From NCBI GenBank assembly GCA_048882385.1, contig JBHLRQ010000061.1, forward strand, positions 1 to 18,692: a stretch of DNA of 18,692 nt, read 5' to 3'. The notes under the pieces are model-generated. The model saw only the letters and a list, made by a program, of their open reading frames with translations. It was not told the DNA's origin and did no database searches. The position numbers and the translations under genes are program-made. This document shows positions 1 to 7,565 of this stretch, in pieces. The DNA is from Candidatus Thorarchaeota archaeon. Its GTDB lineage: Archaea; Asgardarchaeota; Thorarchaeia; Thorarchaeales; Thorarchaeaceae. Position 1 is the first letter of the stretch. Each line of letters begins with the position of its first letter.

Positions 1-59
1 TGTAGGAGGCTTTTTACAGTGAGTATTATCAAAGATAGGTGAAATCGAACGAGGTTGCG

Positions 60-2378
60 ATGTTGATTGAGAAAGAGACCTATGTAGAAGCGCCTCTTAT
101 TCGAGTAGGCCACGTTGAGTATAGGTCATATCAAGTCAACCTTGCAAATATTGCTGCAAAAGAGAGCACCATGATTGTGTTAAGTACAGGTCTAGGAAAG
201 ACTGTGATTGCAGCCCTTGTTGCAGCAAAACGTCTTGTGGAAATACCAGATTCAAAGATTCTCTTTCTTGCACCTTCAAGACCATTGGTTGACCAACAGG
301 CAAGATATCTGAGAAGAGTGCTGGATATTGAGGAGGATCTTGTTGTATGTCTTACAGGCAATGATTCCCCAGAACAGAGACAGAACATGTGGGCAGAATC
401 TCAAGTAATAGTCATGACACCGCAAGCACTTCAGAATGATCTTATCCAGAGAAGCTATGAACTACAAGATGTGTCACTGATAGTATTTGATGAAGCTCAC
501 CGAGGTGTAGGGAATTATGCATATACCTTCATTGCGGAGCTCTATGAGAAACAGGGGATTAACGCTAGATCACTTGGCCTCACAGCATCACCTGGTCATC
601 AGGCGGAACATATCAGGAAAGTCTGCGAAAATCTTCGATTGACACATGTTGAAGTAAGAGACGAGAAGAGCAGAGATGTTCGTGAATACATGGTTACAGT
701 CGATTCGGAGATTCGGTACATCAACCTCCCTCCGGAGATCGAGGTTCTAAAGGACATCCTCTATTCAATAGTAGAGGTCTATAGAGGACCAGTGCTCAAA
801 AACGGATTTAATCTGCCTGATGCAAAGAGAATGACCAGGAAAGAGATTCTGAGAACACAGGGTGTTGTTCGAAAAGAGATTGGTACATATACAAAACCTC
901 CGAGTTCACTCTTTCTAGTAATTCGCAATCTCACAGCATTACTTAGGATTGTGCATCTGCTGGAATTTATTGGTACACAAGGGTTGTTGCCAACTCATAG
1001 GTATATACAGGGAGTTCATGAAGAAATTCGAAACAAGAAAAGCTCGAAAGGTGTCAAAGACTTGTTGTCTAGACCAGAGTTTTCACAATTTGAGAATCTT
1101 CTAGAGGCACTCATCACTAAAGGTCATCGACATCCTAAAGCTGATGCCATTTTAGAAATAGTCAGTGAGCAGCTATCGGTCAATCTGGATTCCCGAATTC
1201 TGATTTTCACTCGTTTCCGTGATACAGCAGTAGAAGTCAATGAAACCTTAGAGCAGCTTGATGAAGTTAGAGCAAGCCGTTTTGTCGGTCAAAGTTCTCG
1301 CGGATCTGACAAGGGATTTAGTCAGAAAAAGCAAGTAGAGATTCTTGATGGTTTTCGTAATAACGAGTTCAATGTTCTTGTAGCTACCCAAGTTGGTGAG
1401 GAGGGTCTAGACATCCCAGAGTGCAACTTGGTTGTTTTCTATGACTGTGTTCCATCAGTTGTACCCTATATTCAGCGACGAGGAAGAACTGGTCGTCGAT
1501 CCCCAGGACGAGTGGTCATCTTTGTTGCAAAAGGAACTCATGATGAGTTCTATCATTGGAGTGTGATAAGCAAATTGAAGAAAATGCCTTCAGCCCTCAA
1601 AGAAGCAGAAAGCGATGAGGAGGAAAAGCAGACTAGTCTAGATGAGTTTGTTTCGGAAGAGGATTCAGAGGAACCAACTGAAAGAATGGTAAGAATGGCA
1701 CCAAGGAGGGATGATGGTATCATCCACATGATTGTCGATTCCAGAGAGCTGCCTACTGCAGTGGCTCGCGAACTCACAAGACTTGATGTGAAGATTTCTG
1801 GGGAGAGTCTAGAGATTGGAGATTATGTTGCTTCAGAAGAGGTAGCTATAGAACGCAAGGAGAGTAACGATTTCATCCAATCATTGATTGATGGTCGTCT
1901 GTTCTCCCAACTGAATGCTCTTCGGACAGCTTATCGACGCCCAGTTCTCATTATTGAGGGGGAACAGCTGATTGGTTTGAGGGCAGTAAATCCAGCCTCA
2001 ATATATGGAGCATTGGCATCAATTGCAATACGAATACAGGTCCCAATAATCTGGACACGCAACTCTGAAGAAACAGCAAACGTGCTATACAGAATCGCAC
2101 ACATGGAACAGGTTGAATCAAGCAAACCTCTCAGAACTCGCTCAGGAGAAGCTAAAGGATCTGACGCAGAAGCATTGGAGTATATCTTGTCAGGATTTCC
2201 TGGTGTTGACACTGTGACATCAAGGGCAATTCTTTCTGAATTTGGCACCTTGGAAAGTATCTTCTCAGCGGAGTTTAAAGACCTACAAAAAGTGAAAGGC
2301 GTGGGTCCAAAGATTGCTGGTAGAATAAGACGACTCCTAACTACTACTTATCCTGGTGCAAAGAGCGGGAATAATTAG
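60..2378 (+). CDS. hef: Hef (FANCM/Mph1-like SF2 helicase fused to ERCC4/XPF nuclease and HhH)
   Basis: Helicase motifs STGLGKT, DEAH, TASPG and QRRGRTGR. ERCC4 core VDSRE...GDY...ERKESNDF..S..DGRL. C-terminal HhH GVGPKIA. ATG at 60 follows GAGGT (51-55); the ORF track starts at GTG 39. Confidence 0.95.
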   Translation: MLIEKETYVEAPLIRVGHVEYRSYQVNLANIAAKESTMIVLSTGLGKTVIAALVAAKRLVEIPDSKILFLAPSRPLVDQQARYLRRVLDIEEDLVVCLTGNDSPEQRQNMWAESQVIVMTPQALQNDLIQRSYELQDVSLIVFDEAHRGVGNYAYTFIAELYEKQGINARSLGLTASPGHQAEHIRKVCENLRLTHVEVRDEKSRDVREYMVTVDSEIRYINLPPEIEVLKDILYSIVEVYRGPVLKNGFNLPDAKRMTRKEILRTQGVVRKEIGTYTKPPSSLFLVIRNLTALLRIVHLLEFIGTQGLLPTHRYIQGVHEEIRNKKSSKGVKDLLSRPEFSQFENLLEALITKGHRHPKADAILEIVSEQLSVNLDSRILIFTRFRDTAVEVNETLEQLDEVRASRFVGQSSRGSDKGFSQKKQVEILDGFRNNEFNVLVATQVGEEGLDIPECNLVVFYDCVPSVVPYIQRRGRTGRRSPGRVVIFVAKGTHDEFYHWSVISKLKKMPSALKEAESDEEEKQTSLDEFVSEEDSEEPTERMVRMAPRRDDGIIHMIVDSRELPTAVARELTRLDVKISGESLEIGDYVASEEVAIERKESNDFIQSLIDGRLFSQLNALRTAYRRPVLIIEGEQLIGLRAVNPASIYGALASIAIRIQVPIIWTRNSEETANVLYRIAHMEQVESSKPLRTRSGEAKGSDAEALEYILSGFPGVDTVTSRAILSEFGTLESIFSAEFKDLQKVKGVGPKIAGRIRRLLTTTYPGAKSGNN

Positions 2379-3052
2379 TATACAGGAGGATTGCTTCTCT
2401 TGAAAGCCTCACGTAGGATGTCAGTGATTTTTCGACTCAGTTCCCAGTAATCATGGTAGTCCTTCTCATCTAGTCGTACTACACCGAGTATCCTTCGAAA
2501 CATCACATACAGCTTGGGGTCTATTTCAGAAACTTGTCTAAGAGTTTCTTTGGCCAATTCTAGACCTCTGAGATAGATTCTATCACGTTCGGTGAAATCC
2601 TCAGCAACAGAAATCATCTCTTGTTCATTCTTCAACATGAGTCCCAAGTCCCTCATAGTACTGACTATGTCGAGTGTCTTGTCTAAATCATATTCTTCTC
2701 GTTCAGATAGTCCATCCATATCGCCAGTGGCGATGAAGACATTTTCAGCTGTGGCCCGCCATAGTTTTTGCATGATATGGGAATCGCCATTACCAGTTGG
2801 CTCATAACCATCCTGTTCAACAAGTCCGCATTTTTCAAGTTCCTTGATATGATATCGAACCGTCTGTGGTTTGATCTCCTTCTCAGGATCTTGTTTTGAA
2901 AGAAACTCTACAAGTTCTGAAGTGGACATTCGTCGTGCTCTTAATGCATGAAGAATCTGGCGCCTACTCTCATCACTGAGAACTTTGTATGCATCAATTG
3001 CGTCATTGCCTGTTAGGACCCTTAGAGTGTCTATTGGCTTCGCCCCCTGCAT
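2375..3052 (-). CDS. ArsR-like winged-HTH transcriptional regulator with unknown helical C-terminal domain
   Basis: N-terminus AYKVLSDESRRQILHAL..MSTSEL...QTVRYHIKELEKCGLV is a typical ArsR/HTH_20 pattern. The C-terminal ~120 aa are not recognised. Confidence 0.8.
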   Translation of the reverse strand: MQGAKPIDTLRVLTGNDAIDAYKVLSDESRRQILHALRARRMSTSELVEFLSKQDPEKEIKPQTVRYHIKELEKCGLVEQDGYEPTGNGDSHIMQKLWRATAENVFIATGDMDGLSEREEYDLDKTLDIVSTMRDLGLMLKNEQEMISVAEDFTERDRIYLRGLELAKETLRQVSEIDPKLYVMFRRILGVVRLDEKDYHDYWELSRKITDILREAFKRSNPPVY

Positions 3053-3073
3053 AGAATATCAACCATCCTCATA

Positions 3074-3084
3074 CTATAAGCTTT
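3074..3084 (-). promoter_or_regulatory. BRE/TATA-like promoter for the ArsR-like gene
   Basis: Minus strand reads AAAGCTTATAG, ~22-30 nt upstream of ATG 3052, consistent with a near-leaderless transcript. Confidence 0.45.
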
Positions 3085-3111
3085 GAGAAATGAACAATGC
3101 TTTGTGTTACT

Positions 3112-3145
3112 CGACAACTAATAGCCCATTGGGCTACTAGTGTCG
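3112..3145. repeat. Imperfect inverted repeat (operator or terminator hairpin)
   Basis: CGACA-A-CTA-A-TAGCCCA-T-TGGGCTA-C-TAG-TGTCG, with perfect 7-bp core arms at 3122-3136. Confidence 0.7.
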
Positions 3146-3156
3146 GAATTTCAGAA

Positions 3157-3171
3157 GGCAATTTGATTGCC
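3157..3171. repeat. Short inverted repeat GGCAAT-TTG-ATTGCC
   Basis: Perfect 6-bp arms 12 nt past the stop of the small wHTH gene; possible terminator or operator. Confidence 0.45.
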
Positions 3172-3183
3172 CTTTGCATTTGA

Positions 3184-3429
3184 TTATGCAGGCACGTAGA
3201 TCCATTGCCGCATGTCTTGCAGGCATGGTACGCGCTTGATTAGTTTCTTTTTCAAGAGTTTTCGAAGAGCATATCTGACGGTCCTTGGCGCAAAAGAAAC
3301 CTTGTCCAAGAGCTGCTTTGGTGTAACACCGTTTTGACCGCTGCTCCTTAGAATATCTAGGACAATCATCTGACTCTTTGTGAGCTTCATATTCTTGAGC
3401 TCTTCTTGAAGTTGTTTGTCGCTCATCAT
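3184..3429 (-). CDS. Small MarR-like winged-HTH DNA-binding protein (81 aa)
   Basis: LTKSQMIVLDIL..GVTPKQL...PRTVRYALRKL..KLI......DMRQWIY matches the archaeal small wHTH pattern. ATG 3429 follows SD-like GGGAAGGT; the ORF track start TTG 3498 is less likely. Confidence 0.85.
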   Translation of the reverse strand: MMSDKQLQEELKNMKLTKSQMIVLDILRSSGQNGVTPKQLLDKVSFAPRTVRYALRKLLKKKLIKRVPCLQDMRQWIYVPA

Positions 3430-3526
3430 TGTTTGAATACCTTCCCTTTGGAATTTATCATTTAGTTGAGTATTTCTAATAGAAATTGCCTCAATCAACT
3501 AATTATTTGAACTACAAAGTTACTTA

Positions 3527-3583
3527 TTAATTTATCGCAGTCTGGAGATGTTGTGTCGCAGTCTACGACCGCGAATAAATTAA
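3527..3583. promoter_or_regulatory. Long inverted repeat with nested direct repeats in the divergent wHTH/glmU promoter region
   Basis: TTAATTTAT-CGCAGTC (3527-3542) pairs with GACCGCG-A-ATAAATTAA (3567-3583). Direct repeat TCGCAGTCT at 3535 and 3556. Confidence 0.65.
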
Positions 3584-3663
3584 CCCTGTTAAGAGGAGTT
3601 AAACAGCCATTTTCGTTTCAGGGCTGGAAATATTGATTCAATGGTACATCATTCAGATGGCAA

Positions 3664-3676
3664 GAAAGTCTTTAAC
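3664..3676 (+). promoter_or_regulatory. BRE/TATA-like promoter of the glmU operon
   Basis: GAAAGTC-TTTAAC ~30 nt upstream of ATG 3706. Confidence 0.5.
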
Positions 3677-3705
3677 TCTGAGGACTATGGGCAATGTGAC
3701 TCGCA

Positions 3706-4983
3706 ATGAAAAAAGCAGTAATACTAGCAGCTGGCGACTCAACTAGAATGTTACCGCTCTCTGCGAATCAACCCAAACACCTTCTTCCAATTGGCGGAAG
3801 ACCTCTAATATTTCATACAATGGAAGCTCTGGAGAAGGCAGGAATCAAGGAAACTCTAGTGGTTTATGGATATCGTGCTGATAAACTCAAAGAGGTAGTT
3901 GAATCAAAGTCATGGAAGATGTCAATCTCTTTTGTACATCAGAAAGAACGCAAGGGAACGGCACATGCGGCAGGACACGCCAAAAAGTTTGTAGGAAAAG
4001 AGGAGGCCATTCTGATGAATGGGGATGTACTAGTCGGACCCGGTTCATTCGAAGGATTGATTGCGTATCATCAGAAGGGTGGTTTCAATTTTACACTTTC
4101 AACCAAACCCATTGAAGATCCCAGTCTCTATGGTATTGTTGTAGTAAAGAGAGGAAAAGCAACATCGCTCATTGAAAGACCAGAACCTGAAAAAATGGTC
4201 AGTAATCTCGTTAATGCAGGAATATACGCTGTTAGTAGTGTACTCTGGGAAGCTATTGATAATACTGAACTCTCAAAAAGGGGAGAATACGAAATTACTG
4301 ATTCGATATCAAAGCTAATTGAACAAGGAAATGTTGGTGCATATGAACTCCCTTCGTGGTGGCTAGACATTGGAAAACCATGGGACTTGCTGGAAGCAAA
4401 CAAGCAAATCCTTGAGAATGAGAAGAGGCGAATAGAGGGAACTGTGGAAGACGGTGCTGTAATCAAAGGCAACTCCGTAGTTGAAAAAGGAGCTGTCATA
4501 AAGAGCGGAGCGTACATTGAGGGCCCAGTTTTCATTGGCGAGAACACAGTAGTGGGGCCCAATTGCTATATTCGAGCCTATACAAGTCTTGGAAAGAAAG
4601 TAAAGATAGGAAATGCTGTTGAGATTAAAAATAGTATAATCATGGATGAAACCAATGTAGGACACCTCTCGTATGTCGGAGATTCCATAATAGGTCAGAG
4701 ATCAAACTTTGGAGCAGGCACAATCACCGCTAATCTCAGACATGATAACAGGTCAATCTTTGTGAGTGTGAAAGGAAAACGTTTCAACTCAAAGAGAAGA
4801 AAGCTTGGAGCTATCATTGGAGATGACGTCAAGACAGGCATTGGAACGTCAATAAGCCCGGGAATTGTGATGCATCAGGGTTGTCGGACAGGAGTAGGTG
4901 TGATTGTAACAAGAGATATCGCAGCAAACAAACTTGTCATAACTAAACAAGACCACGTCACAATGGATGCTGATAACAAGTAG
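3706..4983 (+). CDS. glmU: Bifunctional sugar-1-phosphate nucleotidylyltransferase/acetyltransferase (archaeal GlmU)
   Basis: AVILAAG..TRM.PL....PK.L, GTAHA, NGD, RGEYEITD, WLDIGKPWDLL. Hexapeptide left-handed beta-helix with GPNCYIR, NAVEIKNS, HLSYVGDS, GAGTITANLRHD. Confidence 0.92.
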   Translation: MKKAVILAAGDSTRMLPLSANQPKHLLPIGGRPLIFHTMEALEKAGIKETLVVYGYRADKLKEVVESKSWKMSISFVHQKERKGTAHAAGHAKKFVGKEEAILMNGDVLVGPGSFEGLIAYHQKGGFNFTLSTKPIEDPSLYGIVVVKRGKATSLIERPEPEKMVSNLVNAGIYAVSSVLWEAIDNTELSKRGEYEITDSISKLIEQGNVGAYELPSWWLDIGKPWDLLEANKQILENEKRRIEGTVEDGAVIKGNSVVEKGAVIKSGAYIEGPVFIGENTVVGPNCYIRAYTSLGKKVKIGNAVEIKNSIIMDETNVGHLSYVGDSIIGQRSNFGAGTITANLRHDNRSIFVSVKGKRFNSKRRKLGAIIGDDVKTGIGTSISPGIVMHQGCRTGVGVIVTRDIAANKLVITKQDHVTMDADNK

Positions 4984-4995
4984 TAGGGGATAGGA

Positions 4996-6522
4996 TTGTC
5001 ACCCACACCATTGAATGAATTCAATGCAGTGATTAAAGACTCCAGTCGTGTTGAAGTCCTCTTTGGATATTGTTACCCTTCTACCTACCGAGCAGGAATG
5101 ACGGGTCTAGCCCTCCATATCCTATATGCAACATTGAACTCTAGGAGCGACACATCTTGTGAGAGATATTTCCGTTTTGATACAGCTTCTCCTATTCACT
5201 CTATAGAGAGTAATCGTCCACTCGAGGAAAATCACATTATTGGATTCTCTCTCACATACGAAGAGGACATACTTCACCTTGTTCAGATGCTCGAATTGGG
5301 ACACATTCCAGCTTTAGCTAACCAAAGAAGTGAGAACGATCCAATAGTGATTGTTGGAGGTCCTGTAGTCACTGCAAATCCAGAACCGTTCGTTGATTTT
5401 GTTGATGTGTTTGTGATTGGGGAAGGTGACTTAATTGTACATGACATTGTCAATTCTGTCAAGACCAGCAATACTCGAAATGATGCCCTGCTCGAACTAA
5501 GCGGATTGAGTGGAATATATGTTCCATCAATACCGAAACCGCATGTGGATAGACTCATAATATCTGATCTAGACTCACTTCCATATCCTACAACTCAGAT
5601 TATTCCAGATGTTCCTGAAGGGTCAATCCTTGAACCAGTTTTTGGAAAATCACTCCTTCTTGAGGTGACCAGAGGTTGTGGACATTCATGCAAATTCTGT
5701 CTAATTGGTCATATTTGTAGACCGAGAAGAACGAGGTCGCTGGAACGTCTAAAAGATCTCATCCACTTGGGTATAGAGGATACTCCGACGAAGAAAGTTT
5801 CAATGATTGGTTCTTCTTTAGGAGATCTCGATGAATTGGAAGAACTTGTCTGCTGGACCGTAGGTGAAGGTCTTGAGGTTTCTGTACCATCACTTCGAGC
5901 TGATTCGGTGTCAAAACCACTTCTTGATTGCCTTGTAAAAAGTGGGCAACGTACCCTCACCATTGCTCCAGAATCGGGCTCTATTAGGATGAGGAGGAAG
6001 ATTGGAAAAGGACTAAATGATTCGGATATCGAAAATGCTATCGATTTGGCAAAGCAAGCGGGATATAATTCTTTGAAACTCTACTTCATAATTGGCCTAC
6101 CTGAGGAAACTGATGATGATGTCAAAGCAACAGTCGACATGATTACTCAATTCGGAAGAACTTCAGGTCTCAAAGTAACTGCTAGTGTAAATCCATACAT
6201 CCCAAAAGCCCAGACTAGATGGGAGAGAGAACCACAACCATCAATTGATGAGATTCGTAGAAAGATACAATTTGTAGAAAAAGGTGTAAGAAAAGCATCA
6301 AAAGTCACTGTGGAAACATTGGACCCGAGGAAGGCACGTATACAGGCTGCTCTCTCATTAGGCGATAGAAATCTTGGTCAGGTGATTCACAAAGCGGCAG
6401 AATACGGAGGATTGGGAGGATGGAGACGTGCAGAAAAAGAAACAAAGATTCCTCTGTTCTCCATAGCAAATGATGCTGAAAGGTTGAAAGGAGAGTTACC
6501 TTGGTCATTCTTAAACAAATGA
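4996..6522 (+). CDS. Radical SAM protein with N-terminal B12-binding-like domain (TIGR03960-like)
   Basis: YPSTYRAGM..L...ILY..LN....CER.F N-terminus, GGP...NPEP, GEG, EVTRGCGHSCKFC (CxxxCxxC), SLRAD, TIAPESGS, KLYFIIGLPEET, PKAQT. TTG start 12 nt after the glmU stop. Confidence 0.88.
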   Translation: MSPTPLNEFNAVIKDSSRVEVLFGYCYPSTYRAGMTGLALHILYATLNSRSDTSCERYFRFDTASPIHSIESNRPLEENHIIGFSLTYEEDILHLVQMLELGHIPALANQRSENDPIVIVGGPVVTANPEPFVDFVDVFVIGEGDLIVHDIVNSVKTSNTRNDALLELSGLSGIYVPSIPKPHVDRLIISDLDSLPYPTTQIIPDVPEGSILEPVFGKSLLLEVTRGCGHSCKFCLIGHICRPRRTRSLERLKDLIHLGIEDTPTKKVSMIGSSLGDLDELEELVCWTVGEGLEVSVPSLRADSVSKPLLDCLVKSGQRTLTIAPESGSIRMRRKIGKGLNDSDIENAIDLAKQAGYNSLKLYFIIGLPEETDDDVKATVDMITQFGRTSGLKVTASVNPYIPKAQTRWEREPQPSIDEIRRKIQFVEKGVRKASKVTVETLDPRKARIQAALSLGDRNLGQVIHKAAEYGGLGGWRRAEKETKIPLFSIANDAERLKGELPWSFLNK

Positions 6523-6546
6523 CCTCAATAGTAACGCTGTCTTGGC

Positions 6547-6558
6547 AAAGCTCTTAAG
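6547..6558 (+). promoter_or_regulatory. BRE/TATA-like promoter for the DUF2095 gene
   Basis: AAAGCTCTTAAG upstream; SD GGTGA at 6615-6619. Confidence 0.4.
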
Positions 6559-6625
6559 TCAATTCTTGGAAGTCACACCTGAAAAACACTGTGACCTATG
6601 AGGTCATGGTCGTTGGTGACAAAGT

Positions 6626-6973
6626 ATGTCTGAAGATGGTGAATTTCGTGAAGCTTTTCCTGCACTTAGCAGAGAGCTTGATGAGAAAACCACAAAGACC
6701 TACAGGATAGATGGTGTCCGCACAATGACAGAAGATGCAGATTCGGGAGGAACGCATAAGGCTGCTTTCGAGCCAGATGTTGTGGATTATATTCGGCGAT
6801 GTGATACAGTCTCTCAAGCCATTGAGATAGTTGATTTTCTGTTGAAACAGAACGAGATTACTCAACCACAAGCAAGAGAGATCAAGAATCAACTAAAAGC
6901 GGACGGTCTCAGAAGTTTTGGTTCAAAGAAGGAAAAGGATCACTACCTCCATCATGGAATCGGTGATGAATAG
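6626..6973 (+). CDS. DUF2095 family conserved archaeal protein
   Basis: F...FPAL.REL, P.VVDYIRRCDT..QA.EIVDFL....EI, G.RSFGSKKE..HY. SD GGTGA precedes the ATG. Confidence 0.88.
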   Translation: MSEDGEFREAFPALSRELDEKTTKTYRIDGVRTMTEDADSGGTHKAAFEPDVVDYIRRCDTVSQAIEIVDFLLKQNEITQPQAREIKNQLKADGLRSFGSKKEKDHYLHHGIGDE

Positions 6974-7021
6974 AATTATTCTACGAGTTTTACGTGTTTA
7001 ATAGAACTAGTAGTGTCACTA

Positions 7022-7043
7022 AGATACAGTACATATTGTATCT
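7022..7043. promoter_or_regulatory. Operator-like palindrome upstream of orphan ORF
   Basis: AGATACAGTA-CA-TATTGTATCT (9/10 arm match), downstream of TATA-like TTTAATA (6997-7003). Confidence 0.55.
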
Positions 7044-7072
7044 AAGATTCACCAAATTCAGGAGGGGAGAGT

Positions 7073-7552
7073 TTGACGAAGAAATCAAAACTAAGCAGAC
7101 GTACTGCGAAACTCGTTGATGAAGCAATTTCAAAGGACTTGGACAACTATGATATGAGTGAATGGAAGAGAGCATGCAAGTCTTTTGCCCCTATTACTTA
7201 TGCAGATTATTCAAGAAAGCAATGGTTGAAGGCGAATATGTATAGACTTGAATCGGCACGTGAAATTGTTGATTTTGTTGATAGATGGACTAATCATTTC
7301 AGAAATAATGAGGTGTTTGAGATTTACACTGTGGCATCTATCAGGGAGAGGGTAATATTAGTTATCAGGAAAGCCCAACAGAAAATCAAGAGTGAAAAAG
7401 GAATTCTGAATAGTGTGAAGCTGAACGGATTCAAAACCCTTGTAAAATGGGCGGAAAATCCGATTGAGCTCGAAAAAGGACCTTATAGAGGGAGTGACAA
7501 CATACCCGAAGGTGTTGTTTACAACAAGATTACTCGGACCGCTTCAAGGTAA
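7073..7552 (+). CDS. Hypothetical basic protein (159 aa)
   Basis: TTG start preceded by strong SD GGAGGGG (7061-7067). Fills the gap between two genes; no family recognised. Confidence 0.7.
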   Translation: MTKKSKLSRRTAKLVDEAISKDLDNYDMSEWKRACKSFAPITYADYSRKQWLKANMYRLESAREIVDFVDRWTNHFRNNEVFEIYTVASIRERVILVIRKAQQKIKSEKGILNSVKLNGFKTLVKWAENPIELEKGPYRGSDNIPEGVVYNKITRTASR

Positions 7553-7565
7553 AGTACGATTTGAA

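Noticed and set aside
3430-3498. 23-aa N-terminal extension of the small wHTH
   Set aside because: A better ATG with an SD exists at 3429; the extension is probably 5' UTR.
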